From assembly GCA_039931265.1 (NCBI GenBank), contig JBDTSG010000001.1:4521-68520 (forward strand): a stretch of 64,000 nucleotides of DNA, given 5' to 3'. A program made the position numbers and the translations under genes. Source of the stretch: Flavobacteriales bacterium (GTDB lineage Bacteria > Bacteroidota > Bacteroidia > Flavobacteriales_F > PHOS-HE28). Shown piece after piece: positions 9,679 through 20,210 of the stretch (positions within the stretch are counted from its first letter, which is position 1; every line of letters begins with the position of its first letter). The notes under the pieces were generated by a model. The model was given only the letters and a program-made list of their open reading frames with translations. It was not told the origin of the DNA and searched no databases.

Positions 9679-10119
9679 TCACGCGCCCCTCAAGGCCCGC
9701 AACACCACTTGGTCAATGGGCAGGTGAACATCCGTGTCCGAAGCACTTTCAAGCGACAACCAACGGAACGCCTCCGCGCCTTCCTTCTCCACCGGAAAAT
9801 TGAAGGGCGCGGTGCTCACCGGCAATTCTTCCGGTGCATGCACGAAGAAAGTGTAGTAGATGCTCAAAACCTGGATCTCTTCCGCATGGAAGGTGCTGCG
9901 CTGGAAGAAGTCGGTAGTGTAAAAGTGCTCCAGTCCGAAAGCCTCCACACCGATCTCCTCGCGGATCTCCCGCACCAGGCAATCCTTGGTCCCTTCGCCG
10001 TACTCCAGTCCTCCACCCGGGAACTTCGTAACGCGCTGGCCTTTGATGATCTCGTCAGCAACGAGCACAGCACCTTCGTGCACCAGTAGGCCATAGACAC
10101 GGATGGTGAAACGCGCCAT
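9679..10119 (-). CDS. NUDIX hydrolase
   Basis: Nudix box PGGGLEYGEGTKDCLVREIREEIG. Confidence 0.92.
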   Translation of the reverse strand: MARFTIRVYGLLVHEGAVLVADEIIKGQRVTKFPGGGLEYGEGTKDCLVREIREEIGVEAFGLEHFYTTDFFQRSTFHAEEIQVLSIYYTFFVHAPEELPVSTAPFNFPVEKEGAEAFRWLSLESASDTDVHLPIDQVVLRALRGA

Positions 10120-10121
10120 GA

Positions 10122-10793
10122 TCAAAGTGGCTTCGTGGCCCGCAACATTTCCGATTTGCCCGGCGGGCCGGGCAGCCGTTCCACCGAGAACCCTACTTGC
10201 TGCATGGCGCGGCGCACCGCCGCCTTCGCACAGTAAGTCACCAATACACCACTCGGACGCAAAAGCTCGTGCATCCGTTGGAACTGATCCACCGTCCAAA
10301 GCTCGGCTTGCACTTTGGGGGCGAAGGCGTCGTAATAGATCAGATGGTACGGCCCGCAGCTGATCTCATCAATTCTTGGCACCACGGAGCAAGTGAAACC
10401 AAAGGGTTGAATGGTGGTCAGGGCCCCGTTGCTCATGCATTCGTTGTACGCGGATCGCCAGTGCTCCAACCGTAATACGGTGCAGTGGTCCAATTCATCC
10501 AAGCGCTGCTGTTCGAGCGGATAAGGTTCAACAGCCACATATTCCACGGCCCGCCCTGTGCGGCGTGCCTCTTCCATGGTAAGCAGGAGATTCAGGCCAG
10601 TGCCCAAGCCGATCTCCAGCACACGTACTTTCCGATCTTCAACGGCATGGAAACCGGCGTTGATGAAAACATGTCGCGACTCCGAGGCCGCGCCATACAT
10701 GCTGGCATAGGGCTCGTTGGTGACCGGGTTGAAAAGTGTGCGCGACCCGTCAGCGGTGCGGCGCACCTCCAGAAGATGGGCAGTGGGATCCAC
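10122..10793 (-). CDS. mnmD: Stand-alone MnmC-type methyltransferase domain (tRNA mnm5s2U34 methyltransferase)
   Basis: TADGS.TL, ESRHVFI, LEIGLGTGLN, YYDAFAP, ELW, TYCAK and PGPPGK.EM motifs; GTG start. Confidence 0.88.
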   Translation of the reverse strand: MDPTAHLLEVRRTADGSRTLFNPVTNEPYASMYGAASESRHVFINAGFHAVEDRKVRVLEIGLGTGLNLLLTMEEARRTGRAVEYVAVEPYPLEQQRLDELDHCTVLRLEHWRSAYNECMSNGALTTIQPFGFTCSVVPRIDEISCGPYHLIYYDAFAPKVQAELWTVDQFQRMHELLRPSGVLVTYCAKAAVRRAMQQVGFSVERLPGPPGKSEMLRATKPL

Positions 10794-10814
10794 GCCACGA
10801 AGTTGGCGTTCCGG

Positions 10815-12176
10815 CTATTTGCCCTTGTAGCCGGTGTCCTGCCCCGCCGGCGAAAGGTCCACGCGATAGATATCGTCCTGGCCTTCACCACCCGGGCGCA
10901 CGCTGCTGAAGTAGCCCGTTACACCATCGGATGAAAGCACGAAATAGAGATCATCGTCCGGGGAGTTCACGGGCACACCGAGGTTCTTGGCTTTGCTCCA
11001 GAAACCGTTCTCGAAGCGGCTCATGAACACGTCGTAGCCACCGATGGTATTGTGGCCCTTGCTACTGAAGTAGATGGTGTTACCATCGGGTGATACGCAG
11101 ATCCCGTCTTCGTCAAAGGCGCTGTTGACATCAGGGCCCAGGTTCTCGGCAATGCCCCATTCGTTGGTCGCCTCATCCCAGCGGGAACGGTAGATATCCT
11201 GGCCGCCAAGGCTCTCTTCGGGGCGATCGCTCATGAAGTAGATCCACTGTTTGTCAGCGGTGATCCACGCGCTGCCCTCATGGTACTTCGTGTTCACATT
11301 CGCACCCAGCTTCGCTGGCACGCTCCAAGTACCGTTCAACTTGTCGCTGCGGTATATGTCACCGGGACCGGCCACATCGCGGTAGATGAGCATGGTGCCG
11401 CCATCGGCGCTCAAACAGACCGAGGCATCGTTCCCGATCGTGTTCACGGGTGGGGCCATGGGCGTTGGTGCTGAATAGCCGATACCCGAATGCGTGCTGC
11501 AATAGATATCCTCGAAGTACTCATTGGTCGCCTTGTTGATCTTGCCACCGGTCGTACTCGCACGACGGCTGGTGAAGAGGATCCGATCGCTTGTGTTGTC
11601 CACGAGCACACCGTAGTCCGTTTGCTCGCAATTCACCGAAGGGCCGAGCGCAGTGATCGTGGCGTCCGTTCGGACCGCTGAGAGCGCCTTGCCGGAGCGG
11701 CACTCCACCATCAGCTTTTCCAGGTTGGCCATTCGTGGGTCGGCTCCACCAACCATGCTCGCCTGCCCCTTTTTGTGCTGCTCGTATGCTGCCAAGGCTT
11801 TGTCCCAATTACCGTTCAAGTGGTTCCCGATACCAACGAAGAAATGCACGCCCTCGAAGCTCGGATCCAGTTCGGCAGCAGCTTCGAAGTACGGCAAGCA
11901 CAAGTGACGTTGAGCACCGTTCAAGTGAGCAAGGCCCATCTTCATGTTCAGTGCCGCATTGTCGGGATTGATGGTGTAAGCTTCCTGATAGTTGGCAAGC
12001 GCAAGGCCGAGCGCGTGCGCTCCTCCACCGGCGAGCTTGTCCCCTTGCTTGATCGCCTCTTGGGCGAGCTTGAGCGTTGCCGCGTCCTTGATGTGCTCCT
12101 TGTCGAAGGGCACGTTCTGCCCTAAAGCACCAACGCCGGCAACCAACAGAACTATGGACAGGAGAGCGTGTTTCAT
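10815..12176 (-). CDS. Exported TPR plus PD40 beta-propeller protein
   Basis: Signal peptide MKHALLSIVLLV, TPR-like helices, repeated NLG..VNS..DE / IYFSS / GG.DIY PD40 units. Confidence 0.88.
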   Translation of the reverse strand: MKHALLSIVLLVAGVGALGQNVPFDKEHIKDAATLKLAQEAIKQGDKLAGGGAHALGLALANYQEAYTINPDNAALNMKMGLAHLNGAQRHLCLPYFEAAAELDPSFEGVHFFVGIGNHLNGNWDKALAAYEQHKKGQASMVGGADPRMANLEKLMVECRSGKALSAVRTDATITALGPSVNCEQTDYGVLVDNTSDRILFTSRRASTTGGKINKATNEYFEDIYCSTHSGIGYSAPTPMAPPVNTIGNDASVCLSADGGTMLIYRDVAGPGDIYRSDKLNGTWSVPAKLGANVNTKYHEGSAWITADKQWIYFMSDRPEESLGGQDIYRSRWDEATNEWGIAENLGPDVNSAFDEDGICVSPDGNTIYFSSKGHNTIGGYDVFMSRFENGFWSKAKNLGVPVNSPDDDLYFVLSSDGVTGYFSSVRPGGEGQDDIYRVDLSPAGQDTGYKGK

Positions 12177-12368
12177 GATCGTTGCCTTGGCCCATGGGGT
12201 TTTCGGGCGGCCGTTCATACGTGGGGCCGAGGGCTGAGGTTCCCGTCCACCGGAACAACAACCGCTCGTTGACATCCCGATCAAGGAAGACCGCCGCGCG
12301 ATGGCCTGTCGGAATAGTTTCGGCGCATTGTCGCGGGCGATGCGTTCATCGCCACAACCGAGATCAGC

Positions 12369-13493
12369 ATGGCCAAGAAAAGCACCAAGAAAGCCGCCTC
12401 GAAGAAAACCGAGAAGTCCATCCTCACCCCTGCCTCCATGACCTTCATGGAGCGCTACCTGAACAACGCCAGCCCAACGGGTTTCGAAAGCGCTGGGCAG
12501 AAGCTCTGGTTGGAATACATCAAGCCCTACATCCATACGCACTTCGTGGACAACTACGGTACCGCCGTGGGCGTGGTGAACCCCGAGGCGAAGTACAAAG
12601 TGGTGATCGAGGCGCACGCCGATGAGATCAGTTGGTTCGTGCACTACATCACCAAGGACGGGTTCATCTACTTGCGCCGCAACGGTGGCAGCGATCACTT
12701 GATCGCGCCGAGCAAACGTGTGAACATCCATACGGAGAAGGGCATCGTGAAGGCGGTGTTCGGCTGGCCGGCGATCCATGTGCGTACTGCTAAGAACGAT
12801 CCCGCCCCCAGCTTGGAGAACATCTTCCTGGACCTGGGCTGCAGCAGCAAGGATGAAGTGGAAAAACTCGGTGTACATGTGGGCTGCGTGATCACATACG
12901 AGGATGAGTTCATGGTGCTGAACGATCGGTTCTTCACCGGACGTGCGCTGGACAACCGCATGGGCGGTTTCATGATCGCCGAAGTGGCGCGCTTGCTGCA
13001 CGAGCAGAAAGTGAAACTCCCTTTCGGTCTCTACATCGTGAACGCGGTGCAGGAAGAAGTGGGCCTGCGCGGTGCTGAGATGATCGTGGAGCGGATAAAG
13101 CCCGATGTTGCCATCGTGACGGATGTGACGCACGATACCCAAACGCCCATGATGAACAAGATCACCAACGGCGATGTGAGCTGCGGAGGTGGTCCGGTGT
13201 TGAGCTATGGGCCCGCCGTGCACAACAACCTCCTCAAGTTGATCATCGCGGCTGCCGAAGGCGAGAAGATGAAGTTCCAACGGGCTGCCGTAAGCCGCGC
13301 TACCGGCACCGATACGGATGCCTTCGCGTACGGCGCTGCTGGCGTGCCCAGCGCACTGATCAGCCTGCCGTTGCGCTACATGCACACAACCGTGGAAAGC
13401 GTTCACCGCAAGGATGTGGAGAAGGTGATCCAATTGATCGCTGCCTCCCTGAAGCGCATCAAGAACGGGCAGGACTTGCGGTATTTGAAGTGA
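12369..13493 (+). CDS. M42 family metallo-aminopeptidase
   Basis: SPTGFE, AHADEI, RALDNR.G, VQEEVGLRGA, DVTH, GTD and RYMHT motifs. Confidence 0.95.
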   Translation: MAKKSTKKAASKKTEKSILTPASMTFMERYLNNASPTGFESAGQKLWLEYIKPYIHTHFVDNYGTAVGVVNPEAKYKVVIEAHADEISWFVHYITKDGFIYLRRNGGSDHLIAPSKRVNIHTEKGIVKAVFGWPAIHVRTAKNDPAPSLENIFLDLGCSSKDEVEKLGVHVGCVITYEDEFMVLNDRFFTGRALDNRMGGFMIAEVARLLHEQKVKLPFGLYIVNAVQEEVGLRGAEMIVERIKPDVAIVTDVTHDTQTPMMNKITNGDVSCGGGPVLSYGPAVHNNLLKLIIAAAEGEKMKFQRAAVSRATGTDTDAFAYGAAGVPSALISLPLRYMHTTVESVHRKDVEKVIQLIAASLKRIKNGQDLRYLK

Positions 13494-13543
13494 TCAGGGA
13501 GCCGGGAGTCGTGCGTGCTGAATGACCTGATGGATGAACTGAT

Positions 13544-14674
13544 ATGCTTACCTCCGGCCGCATCAGCATAGAGCGCTTCCTGCACTTGGTGGTTGTGGCC
13601 GTTGTGGTGTGGGGCACCGTTTGGGTGTTGAACAGCCTGAGCGCAGTGCTGATCCCCTTCATTGTCGCGCTGATCCTCGACTACATCATTGATCCGTTGG
13701 TGGACAGGGTGCAGAAGCTGGTGAAGAACCGCGTCGCAGCCGTGCTGCTCACCATGCTCTGCCTCCTGCTCTTGGTGGGTGGCGCACTGGCCTTGGCTCT
13801 ACCGATGATCGGCAGCGAAGCCAAGCACTTCGCCGATCTGGTGCGTGCTCAACTACCCGCATTGCAACACCGCGTACAGGACAACCCTTGGTTGCAGGGT
13901 GCGGTGGCCAGCATGGGTGGGATCGACTACCATACTTACCTCACCACGGACAACCTGCTTGCCGCTGCGCGCAAAGTGCTGCCGGGGTTCTGGGGCGGGG
14001 TGGGCAACGTGTTCGGTTGGCTCTTCGGACTTGTCGCGGTGTTCACCACGCTGCTGTACATGGTGTTCCTGTTGGTGGATGAGGCCCAGTTGCAAGGCAA
14101 ATGGAAAACCCTGCTGCCTGCGGACTACCGCGCTCCCATGATCGCATTGGTGCACGATGTGCAGCGCGTTATGAACGCTTATTTCCGTGGCCAGTTGAAG
14201 ATCGCCGGTATCCTCACCGTCGTCTATGTGGTCGGCTTCAATAGCATCGGGCTACCGCTGGCAACATTGCTCGGCATCCTTGCGGGCGCCTTGGGGCTCA
14301 TTCCCTACTTCGGCCTTTTGAGCATCTTGCCAGTGGCCTTCAGCGCAGGCATTCACAGCATGGAGCATCACAGCAGTTGGGGTGCGCTCATGCTCTGGGT
14401 GTTGGTGGTGTATATCGCCGCACAAGCACTGGAGGGGTTGGTGCTCACCCCGCGTATACAAGGGAAGAACACGGGGCTGAGGCCCGTGGTGATCCTTCTG
14501 GCCTTGAGCGTTTGGGGCAGCGTGCTGGGTTTGATCGGCTTGCTTCTCGCGCTGCCGCTCACCACTCTCCTCCTCTCGTATTACCGGCGCTTCATACTGG
14601 GTGAAACAGAGGACGAGGAAGCCCCGGTCGTGGAACGCGCTTCGCCGGACCCGTCGCTTCCAGCAGCGCCTTAG
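13544..14674 (+). CDS. AI-2E family transporter
   Basis: Multi-TM; YIIDPLV, YFRGQ, IPYFG, Q.LEG.VLTPRI.G and GLLLALP motifs. Confidence 0.92.
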   Translation: MLTSGRISIERFLHLVVVAVVVWGTVWVLNSLSAVLIPFIVALILDYIIDPLVDRVQKLVKNRVAAVLLTMLCLLLLVGGALALALPMIGSEAKHFADLVRAQLPALQHRVQDNPWLQGAVASMGGIDYHTYLTTDNLLAAARKVLPGFWGGVGNVFGWLFGLVAVFTTLLYMVFLLVDEAQLQGKWKTLLPADYRAPMIALVHDVQRVMNAYFRGQLKIAGILTVVYVVGFNSIGLPLATLLGILAGALGLIPYFGLLSILPVAFSAGIHSMEHHSSWGALMLWVLVVYIAAQALEGLVLTPRIQGKNTGLRPVVILLALSVWGSVLGLIGLLLALPLTTLLLSYYRRFILGETEDEEAPVVERASPDPSLPAAP

Positions 14675-14720
14675 GCGAAGCATGGTGCCGACCTCGGTCC
14701 TACCCGATACTTTGCGCACA

Positions 14721-15164
14721 ATGCGCATCGCCTTCATCAAAGCCAATGAATGCTGGCCCCTGCGGCACCAAGTGCTGCGCCCGCACCAGACACTCGAGGA
14801 TTGCGACTACCCCAACGACCGCAACCCGGATAGTTTTCATCTCGGAGCCTATGTGGGCAGCAGGATCGTCGGGATCGGTTCCTTCTATCGCGAGAAACAG
14901 GAAACCCTCGTCGGGCATATGCAATGGCGACTGCGGGGCATGGCCATCCATCCTGAATTCCGGGGCGTGGGTGCCGGCGCGCAACTCTTGCGCTTCGGCT
15001 TGGATGAACTGAAGGCCAAACGTGCGGATGTGCTTTGGTGCCAAGCACGGGAAGGTGCTGCGGGCTTCTACACCAAGCTTGGCTTCGCCTTCAAGGGCGA
15101 TGCGTTCATGCTGGAAGGCATCGGTGTGCATTTCATCATGTACAAGCCGTTGCTCGGCGCCTGA
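14721..15164 (+). CDS. GNAT family N-acetyltransferase
   Basis: LRHQVLRP, LRGMA..PEFRG.G.G acetyl-CoA motif, WC.AR and FY.KLGF. Confidence 0.92.
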   Translation: MRIAFIKANECWPLRHQVLRPHQTLEDCDYPNDRNPDSFHLGAYVGSRIVGIGSFYREKQETLVGHMQWRLRGMAIHPEFRGVGAGAQLLRFGLDELKAKRADVLWCQAREGAAGFYTKLGFAFKGDAFMLEGIGVHFIMYKPLLGA

Positions 15165-15186
15165 GCGGGAATAGTTTCGTCCTGAC

Positions 15187-16587
15187 ATGTCGCGCACCGA
15201 TAAGCTGGTACTTACCGTGCTCGTGCTGCTCAATGCGGCGGTAAAACTCGCGTGGCTCCGGGTGAACGAACTCTCGGGCGATGAACCCTTCACCGTCTTC
15301 TGGGCGCAGCAGGGCACGCGCGATCTGTTGGCCATGTTCCAAGAGGAGAACAACCCGCCGCTCTACTTCTTCCTGATGAAATGGTGGAGCGCTGCCGCAC
15401 CGCTTGAAGTGGCTTGGTTGCGCGTGCCGAGCGCAGTGTTCAGCGCGATCGCCGTCTGGCCGTTGTTCTTGTTCGCCCGGAAGCACCTGAGCATATGGGC
15501 CGCGATCAGCGCCTGCTTGCTGTTCACCTTCTGCAACGAACACTACGCGTATGCGCACGAGGTGCGCGCGTACGGTCTGCTCACGCTGCTCGCGATCACG
15601 GCCATGTGGCAGTTGGATCGGCTTGCACGCCGCAAGCCACGCGCATTCCTTTGGCTTGTTGCGGTGAACGCGCTCATGGCCTACACCCACTTCATGGGTT
15701 GGGCGGCCATGGGCATCCAGTTCCTCTGTTTGTTGGTTGTGGCCGAGTGGCGGCATGCGCTGCGCACTTGGCTGAAGACGCTGGGGATAGCGGTCGTGCT
15801 CTTCGTGCCGTACGGTCATGTCTTCGTTCAGCGTGTTGGCTCCAGCGTTGTTCACGGTACATGGCTAGCACAACCTGCGTGGGATGAACCGTACAGCATG
15901 CTCTGGCGGTGGAGCAATCAGCCCGCCATCACGGTGCTTTTCCTGTGTGCGATCGCTTTCGCTTGTTGGCGCACGCGAGCAAAGAACATCGCCATGCGCG
16001 TCGGGCTGCTCTGGGCAGGGACACCGTTGATCGGCTTGTTCATCGTGTCCTTCTTCGTGCCGCTCTACTTGGACCGCTACCTCGTTTGGGCCGCACCGGG
16101 TTTCGCCATGCTCGTTGTAGCCTGTCTTGAACAGTTGACGGACAAGCAAACCGTTGTGCGCGTGGCCCTTATTGCCGCTTGCGCAGCGATGCTGGTGACC
16201 TTCAGACCGTGGGCGGGGAACGGGATGCATCCTTCGCGCGTTGCCGAACAGGTGCGGCAATGGGATGAGGAAGGCGGTACAAGTTTCACGGTGCTGCCCT
16301 ACTGGTACACCTTGAATTGGGCAGCAGCGGAAGACCTCGCACTGTTCCGCGACCCGTATGCATTGGAAACCTGGAACGCCGTCAAGTCGAGGGGCGTTGG
16401 TGGCTATGATCCAACGCATCCTGTTGCGGGATCCGACGCGCCGGACGGCCCGGTCATTCTTATCGATGCGGATGCCCGCACAACTACACCAAGCCCGGAG
16501 GTGCGCAGCTATCTGCGGGCCAATTACCCACGCATCGATTCTGTGGAAGCGGATAGGAAGGTGTGGGTGTACCGGTTCAGGAAATAG
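15187..16587 (+). CDS. GT-C fold membrane glycosyltransferase (GT39/ArnT/PMT-like)
   Basis: DE motif in first loop (LSGDEP), NPPLYF, LR.PS and EVRAY; many TM segments. Confidence 0.85.
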   Translation: MSRTDKLVLTVLVLLNAAVKLAWLRVNELSGDEPFTVFWAQQGTRDLLAMFQEENNPPLYFFLMKWWSAAAPLEVAWLRVPSAVFSAIAVWPLFLFARKHLSIWAAISACLLFTFCNEHYAYAHEVRAYGLLTLLAITAMWQLDRLARRKPRAFLWLVAVNALMAYTHFMGWAAMGIQFLCLLVVAEWRHALRTWLKTLGIAVVLFVPYGHVFVQRVGSSVVHGTWLAQPAWDEPYSMLWRWSNQPAITVLFLCAIAFACWRTRAKNIAMRVGLLWAGTPLIGLFIVSFFVPLYLDRYLVWAAPGFAMLVVACLEQLTDKQTVVRVALIAACAAMLVTFRPWAGNGMHPSRVAEQVRQWDEEGGTSFTVLPYWYTLNWAAAEDLALFRDPYALETWNAVKSRGVGGYDPTHPVAGSDAPDGPVILIDADARTTTPSPEVRSYLRANYPRIDSVEADRKVWVYRFRK

Positions 16588-16698
16588 GCGCCGCTGGTTT
16601 GCCAGTGCCCTTCTGTTCCAACCGTTCGTGTAACCGAGGCCACAATTCGGGCACACGCGATCACCTTTGGCGCCCCAACCCAAAAACCAACGCCCCCC

Positions 16699-18663
16699 AT
16701 GGCCCGATCGTTCATCCCCACCCTGCTCCTTACCCTGTGCTTGGGCGCAACTTCCGCGCTGAGCAGCGCGCAAACGGCCACCATGCTGGCGAGCCCGCCC
16801 AAGAAGATCGAGATGCAGGACTTCTTCAAGAACCCGGAGAAGTCGGGTTTCCGGATCAGCCCGGACGGACAATACATCAGCTACCGTGCACCTTGGCACA
16901 ACCGCATGAACATTTTCGTGCAGAAGGTGGGCGGCGGAAAGGCGACACAGGTCACCACCGACACCATCCGCGATGTCGGCGGCTACTTCTGGAAAGGTGA
17001 CCGCTTGGTGTACAGCCGGGACATCAACGGCAACGAGAACTTCATCGTTTTCAGTGCGAGCATGGACGGCAAAGACGTGAAAGCGTTGACGCCGTTGGAC
17101 AGTGTGCGCGCCGGAGTGCTCGACGACCTGCACGACGTGCCGGGCATGGAGCAGAGCGTGATGGTGCAGATGAACAAGCGCAACCCGCAGGTGTTCGATC
17201 CCTATGTGGTGAACGTCGTGACCGGCGAGATCAAGTCGATGTACGACAACAAAGAGAACTACGAGAGCTGGATCACCGACCATGCCGGTGTGATCCGCAT
17301 GGCGACCCGCACCGATGGGGTCAACCAAGTGTACTACTACCGCGCTAACGCGAGCGAACCGTTCGCCGAGTACATGACCACCGGCTTCAAGGACAGCTGG
17401 GCACCGCAGATGTTCACCTTCGACAACAAGAACCTGATCGTGAACCACAATCTCGGTGGCCGCGACAAAACCGCGATCGTGGAGTGGGATCTCGCCGCCA
17501 AAAAGGAGACCCGCCTGATCCACGAGAACGCGGAATACGATATGGGCGGAGTGGATTGGAGCCGCAAACGCAAGGTGCTCACCATGGTCACTTGGACGGG
17601 TGCCAAGAGCGAGCGCTTCTTCCTGGACAAGGAAACCGAAGCGCTGTACGCCAAAATGGCCCCGAATTTCAAGGGCTACGAATACGTGGTGTACGGTGAA
17701 GACGATAGCGAGACCAAGATGTTGGTGTGGGCCGGGAATGATCGCAATCCCGGCAAGTACTATTTCTACGATGCCAACACGGGCAAACTGGAACTGCTCG
17801 CTACGGCTTGCCCATGGCTGCCGGAAGAGGAACTGGCCACCATGCAACCCATCACCTACACCAGCCGCGATGGCTTGACCATCCACGGTTATCTGACCTT
17901 ACCTAAAGGCCGCGAGGCGAAGAACCTGCCGGTGGTGGTGAACCCGCACGGTGGTCCATGGGCCCGTGACGATTGGGGCTACAACAACGAAGTGCAGTTC
18001 TTGGCCAACCGTGGTTATGCCGTGCTGCAAATGAACTTCCGCGGCAGCACCGGTTATGGCCGCGCCTTCTGGGAAAAGAGCTTCAAACAGTGGGGGCTCA
18101 CCATGCAGAACGACATCACCGATGGCGTGAACTGGCTGATCAAGGAAGGTGTTGCCGATCCGAAGCGCGTTGCGATCTATGGTGGCAGCTACGGTGGCTA
18201 TGCCACGCTCGCGGGCATCACTTACACACCCGACCTGTACGCATGCGCCGTGGACTACGTGGGCGTGAGCAACCTGTTCACCTTCATGAAGACGGTACCG
18301 CCTTACTGGGAGCCGTTCAAGAAGATGATGTACGAGATGGTTGGTGATCCGCAACTGGACAGTTTGGCCATGCGCCAAAGCAGCCCCGTCTACTTCATGA
18401 ACAACGTGAAGTGCCCGCTCTTCATAGCCCAGGGCGCGAACGACCCACGGGTGAACAAGGATGAGAGCGACCAAGTGGTGGCGGCGTTGAAGAAACGGGG
18501 CGTTGCGGTGGAATACATGGTGAAAGACAACGAAGGTCACGGCTTCCACAACGAGGAGAACCGCTTCGATTTCTACGGCGCCATGGACGGGTTCCTCGAC
18601 AAGCACATCGGCAGTGGCTACAAGCCAGCGATGAAGAAGATGAAGGCGTTGCCGACGGAGTAA
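16699..18663 (+). CDS. S9 family serine peptidase (prolyl oligopeptidase/acylaminoacyl peptidase)
   Basis: PHGGPW, NFRGSTGYG, GGSYGG nucleophile, GANDPRV and EGHGF; signal peptide. Confidence 0.96.
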   Translation: MARSFIPTLLLTLCLGATSALSSAQTATMLASPPKKIEMQDFFKNPEKSGFRISPDGQYISYRAPWHNRMNIFVQKVGGGKATQVTTDTIRDVGGYFWKGDRLVYSRDINGNENFIVFSASMDGKDVKALTPLDSVRAGVLDDLHDVPGMEQSVMVQMNKRNPQVFDPYVVNVVTGEIKSMYDNKENYESWITDHAGVIRMATRTDGVNQVYYYRANASEPFAEYMTTGFKDSWAPQMFTFDNKNLIVNHNLGGRDKTAIVEWDLAAKKETRLIHENAEYDMGGVDWSRKRKVLTMVTWTGAKSERFFLDKETEALYAKMAPNFKGYEYVVYGEDDSETKMLVWAGNDRNPGKYYFYDANTGKLELLATACPWLPEEELATMQPITYTSRDGLTIHGYLTLPKGREAKNLPVVVNPHGGPWARDDWGYNNEVQFLANRGYAVLQMNFRGSTGYGRAFWEKSFKQWGLTMQNDITDGVNWLIKEGVADPKRVAIYGGSYGGYATLAGITYTPDLYACAVDYVGVSNLFTFMKTVPPYWEPFKKMMYEMVGDPQLDSLAMRQSSPVYFMNNVKCPLFIAQGANDPRVNKDESDQVVAALKKRGVAVEYMVKDNEGHGFHNEENRFDFYGAMDGFLDKHIGSGYKPAMKKMKALPTE

Positions 18664-18680
18664 CCCGGAACGCATGCAAC

Positions 18681-18711
18681 GAAGAGCCTCCGGAAGGGGG
18701 CTCTTCCTTTT
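18681..18711 (+). terminator. Probable intrinsic terminator
   Basis: gaagagcctcc-ggaa-gggggctcttc followed by cttt. Confidence 0.7.
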
Positions 18712-18756
18712 GCCCCCAAACTGCCCCCTTCTTGATTGCTTTCTTTGACGCCCCAC

Positions 18757-19671
18757 ATGCAACGCAACGACTGGAAAACGCGCCTCTTCATGGCGGTGGA
18801 CCGAGCACATGGGCGGTTCAACAACCGGATCAAGGACCGTTGGCCTTTGTTGAGCGTATGGCTGTACCACAAACCCCGCTCGCGCTTCCTGCACTACCGG
18901 GTTGAGCGCGCCCTCATCGCTGGCAAGCCCTTGAACGTGGGCAAACGGCAGAGCATCGTGCTCTTCACGGTTGCCAAGGCTGCCAGTATGCACGTGCAGA
19001 AAATGGTTGGTACGCTCACCACCGGGCACGGCATGATCCCGGCCGACTTCAACGCGTACTTCAGCACGAGCAGCGGCAAGCTGTACGATCACTTCCACAA
19101 CACTTCTTCTTTGCAGCGCATGTTCCGGCCGCAAGGGTTTTTCTACGGCGCGCTGCGCACGTACTGCGCACTGCCACAACCCGATCGCTTCCGTGTCGTG
19201 GTCGTATTGCGCGATCCGCGCGATGTGCTCACCAGCCAGTACTACAGCCAGGCGTACAGCCACGCGATCATCAACGAGCGCATCGCTGAGCAACGGAAAA
19301 AAGTGTTGTCGCAGTCGATCGATGAGGCCGTGCTTGAAGAAGCACCGAAGCTCTTGGCCATCTACAACGACTACTTGCGCGAATACACCGGAAAGCCGTG
19401 GGCGCTGATTACCACTTACGAACGGATGATCGCCGATCACGCGACTTGGCTGAAGGGGATCGCAGCGCATTGCGGTCTGGACGGGCACCCTGACCTGGTG
19501 GAAAGGTTGGCCAAGGAGGGCATGCAGGTGAAGGGAAGCGGCGACAAGAACCAGCACGTTCGCGTTGGAAAGAGCGGCGACCACAAGAGCAAGTTGGCCC
19601 CTGCGACCGTGACCGAACTCGACCGCTTGTTCGGACGGATGTTGAGCAGTGCACCATGGGGAAACGATTAA
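18757..19671 (+). CDS. Sulfotransferase domain protein
   Basis: PAPS-site-like TVAKAAS, RDPRDVLTS.YYS, YE.M and H.R.G..GD motifs. Confidence 0.82.
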   Translation: MQRNDWKTRLFMAVDRAHGRFNNRIKDRWPLLSVWLYHKPRSRFLHYRVERALIAGKPLNVGKRQSIVLFTVAKAASMHVQKMVGTLTTGHGMIPADFNAYFSTSSGKLYDHFHNTSSLQRMFRPQGFFYGALRTYCALPQPDRFRVVVVLRDPRDVLTSQYYSQAYSHAIINERIAEQRKKVLSQSIDEAVLEEAPKLLAIYNDYLREYTGKPWALITTYERMIADHATWLKGIAAHCGLDGHPDLVERLAKEGMQVKGSGDKNQHVRVGKSGDHKSKLAPATVTELDRLFGRMLSSAPWGND

Positions 19672-19681
19672 TACCACGTCC

Positions 19682-20185
19682 ATGAACTCCGTCCCCGACC
19701 TTCTCCGCTCCTCTTCCATCAAACACTTGAGCGAAGGCCGTGAGCGTTTGCACAAGTGCGTGGGCATGCTCACCGAAGCCCAGGTCCGGCAGCGTGCGAA
19801 CGCGAACACGGCAAGCGTCGGCAACTTGGTGCTGCACCTCTGTGGCAACGTTGGCCAATGGATCAACAGCACGTTGGGCCGGCAGCCCGATCACCGCAAC
19901 CGCGATATCGAATTCAGCGATGCTGGTTCGCTGGACAAGTCGCAATTGCTCGAGCGGCTTGATGCAACGATGGCCACGGCCACGACCATCATCTCCGCGT
20001 TACCCGATGCCGACCTCACCAACACCTTCAAGGTGCAGATCTACGCGGAGACAGGCGCGGCCATCATCATGCACGTTACTGAGCACTTCAGCTACCACGT
20101 TGGACAAGTGACGCTGCACACCAAGCTGCTGCTCGATATCGACACCGGTTACTACGCTGGCCAAGACCTGAGCGCAAAGCCTTAG
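19682..20185 (+). CDS. DinB/DUF1572 family protein
   Basis: SVGNLVLHLCGN, R.RD.EF and EHFSYHVGQ motifs. Confidence 0.88.
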   Translation: MNSVPDLLRSSSIKHLSEGRERLHKCVGMLTEAQVRQRANANTASVGNLVLHLCGNVGQWINSTLGRQPDHRNRDIEFSDAGSLDKSQLLERLDATMATATTIISALPDADLTNTFKVQIYAETGAAIIMHVTEHFSYHVGQVTLHTKLLLDIDTGYYAGQDLSAKP

Positions 20186-20210
20186 TGCCGGCCTGCCCAG
20201 CAGACCTCAC

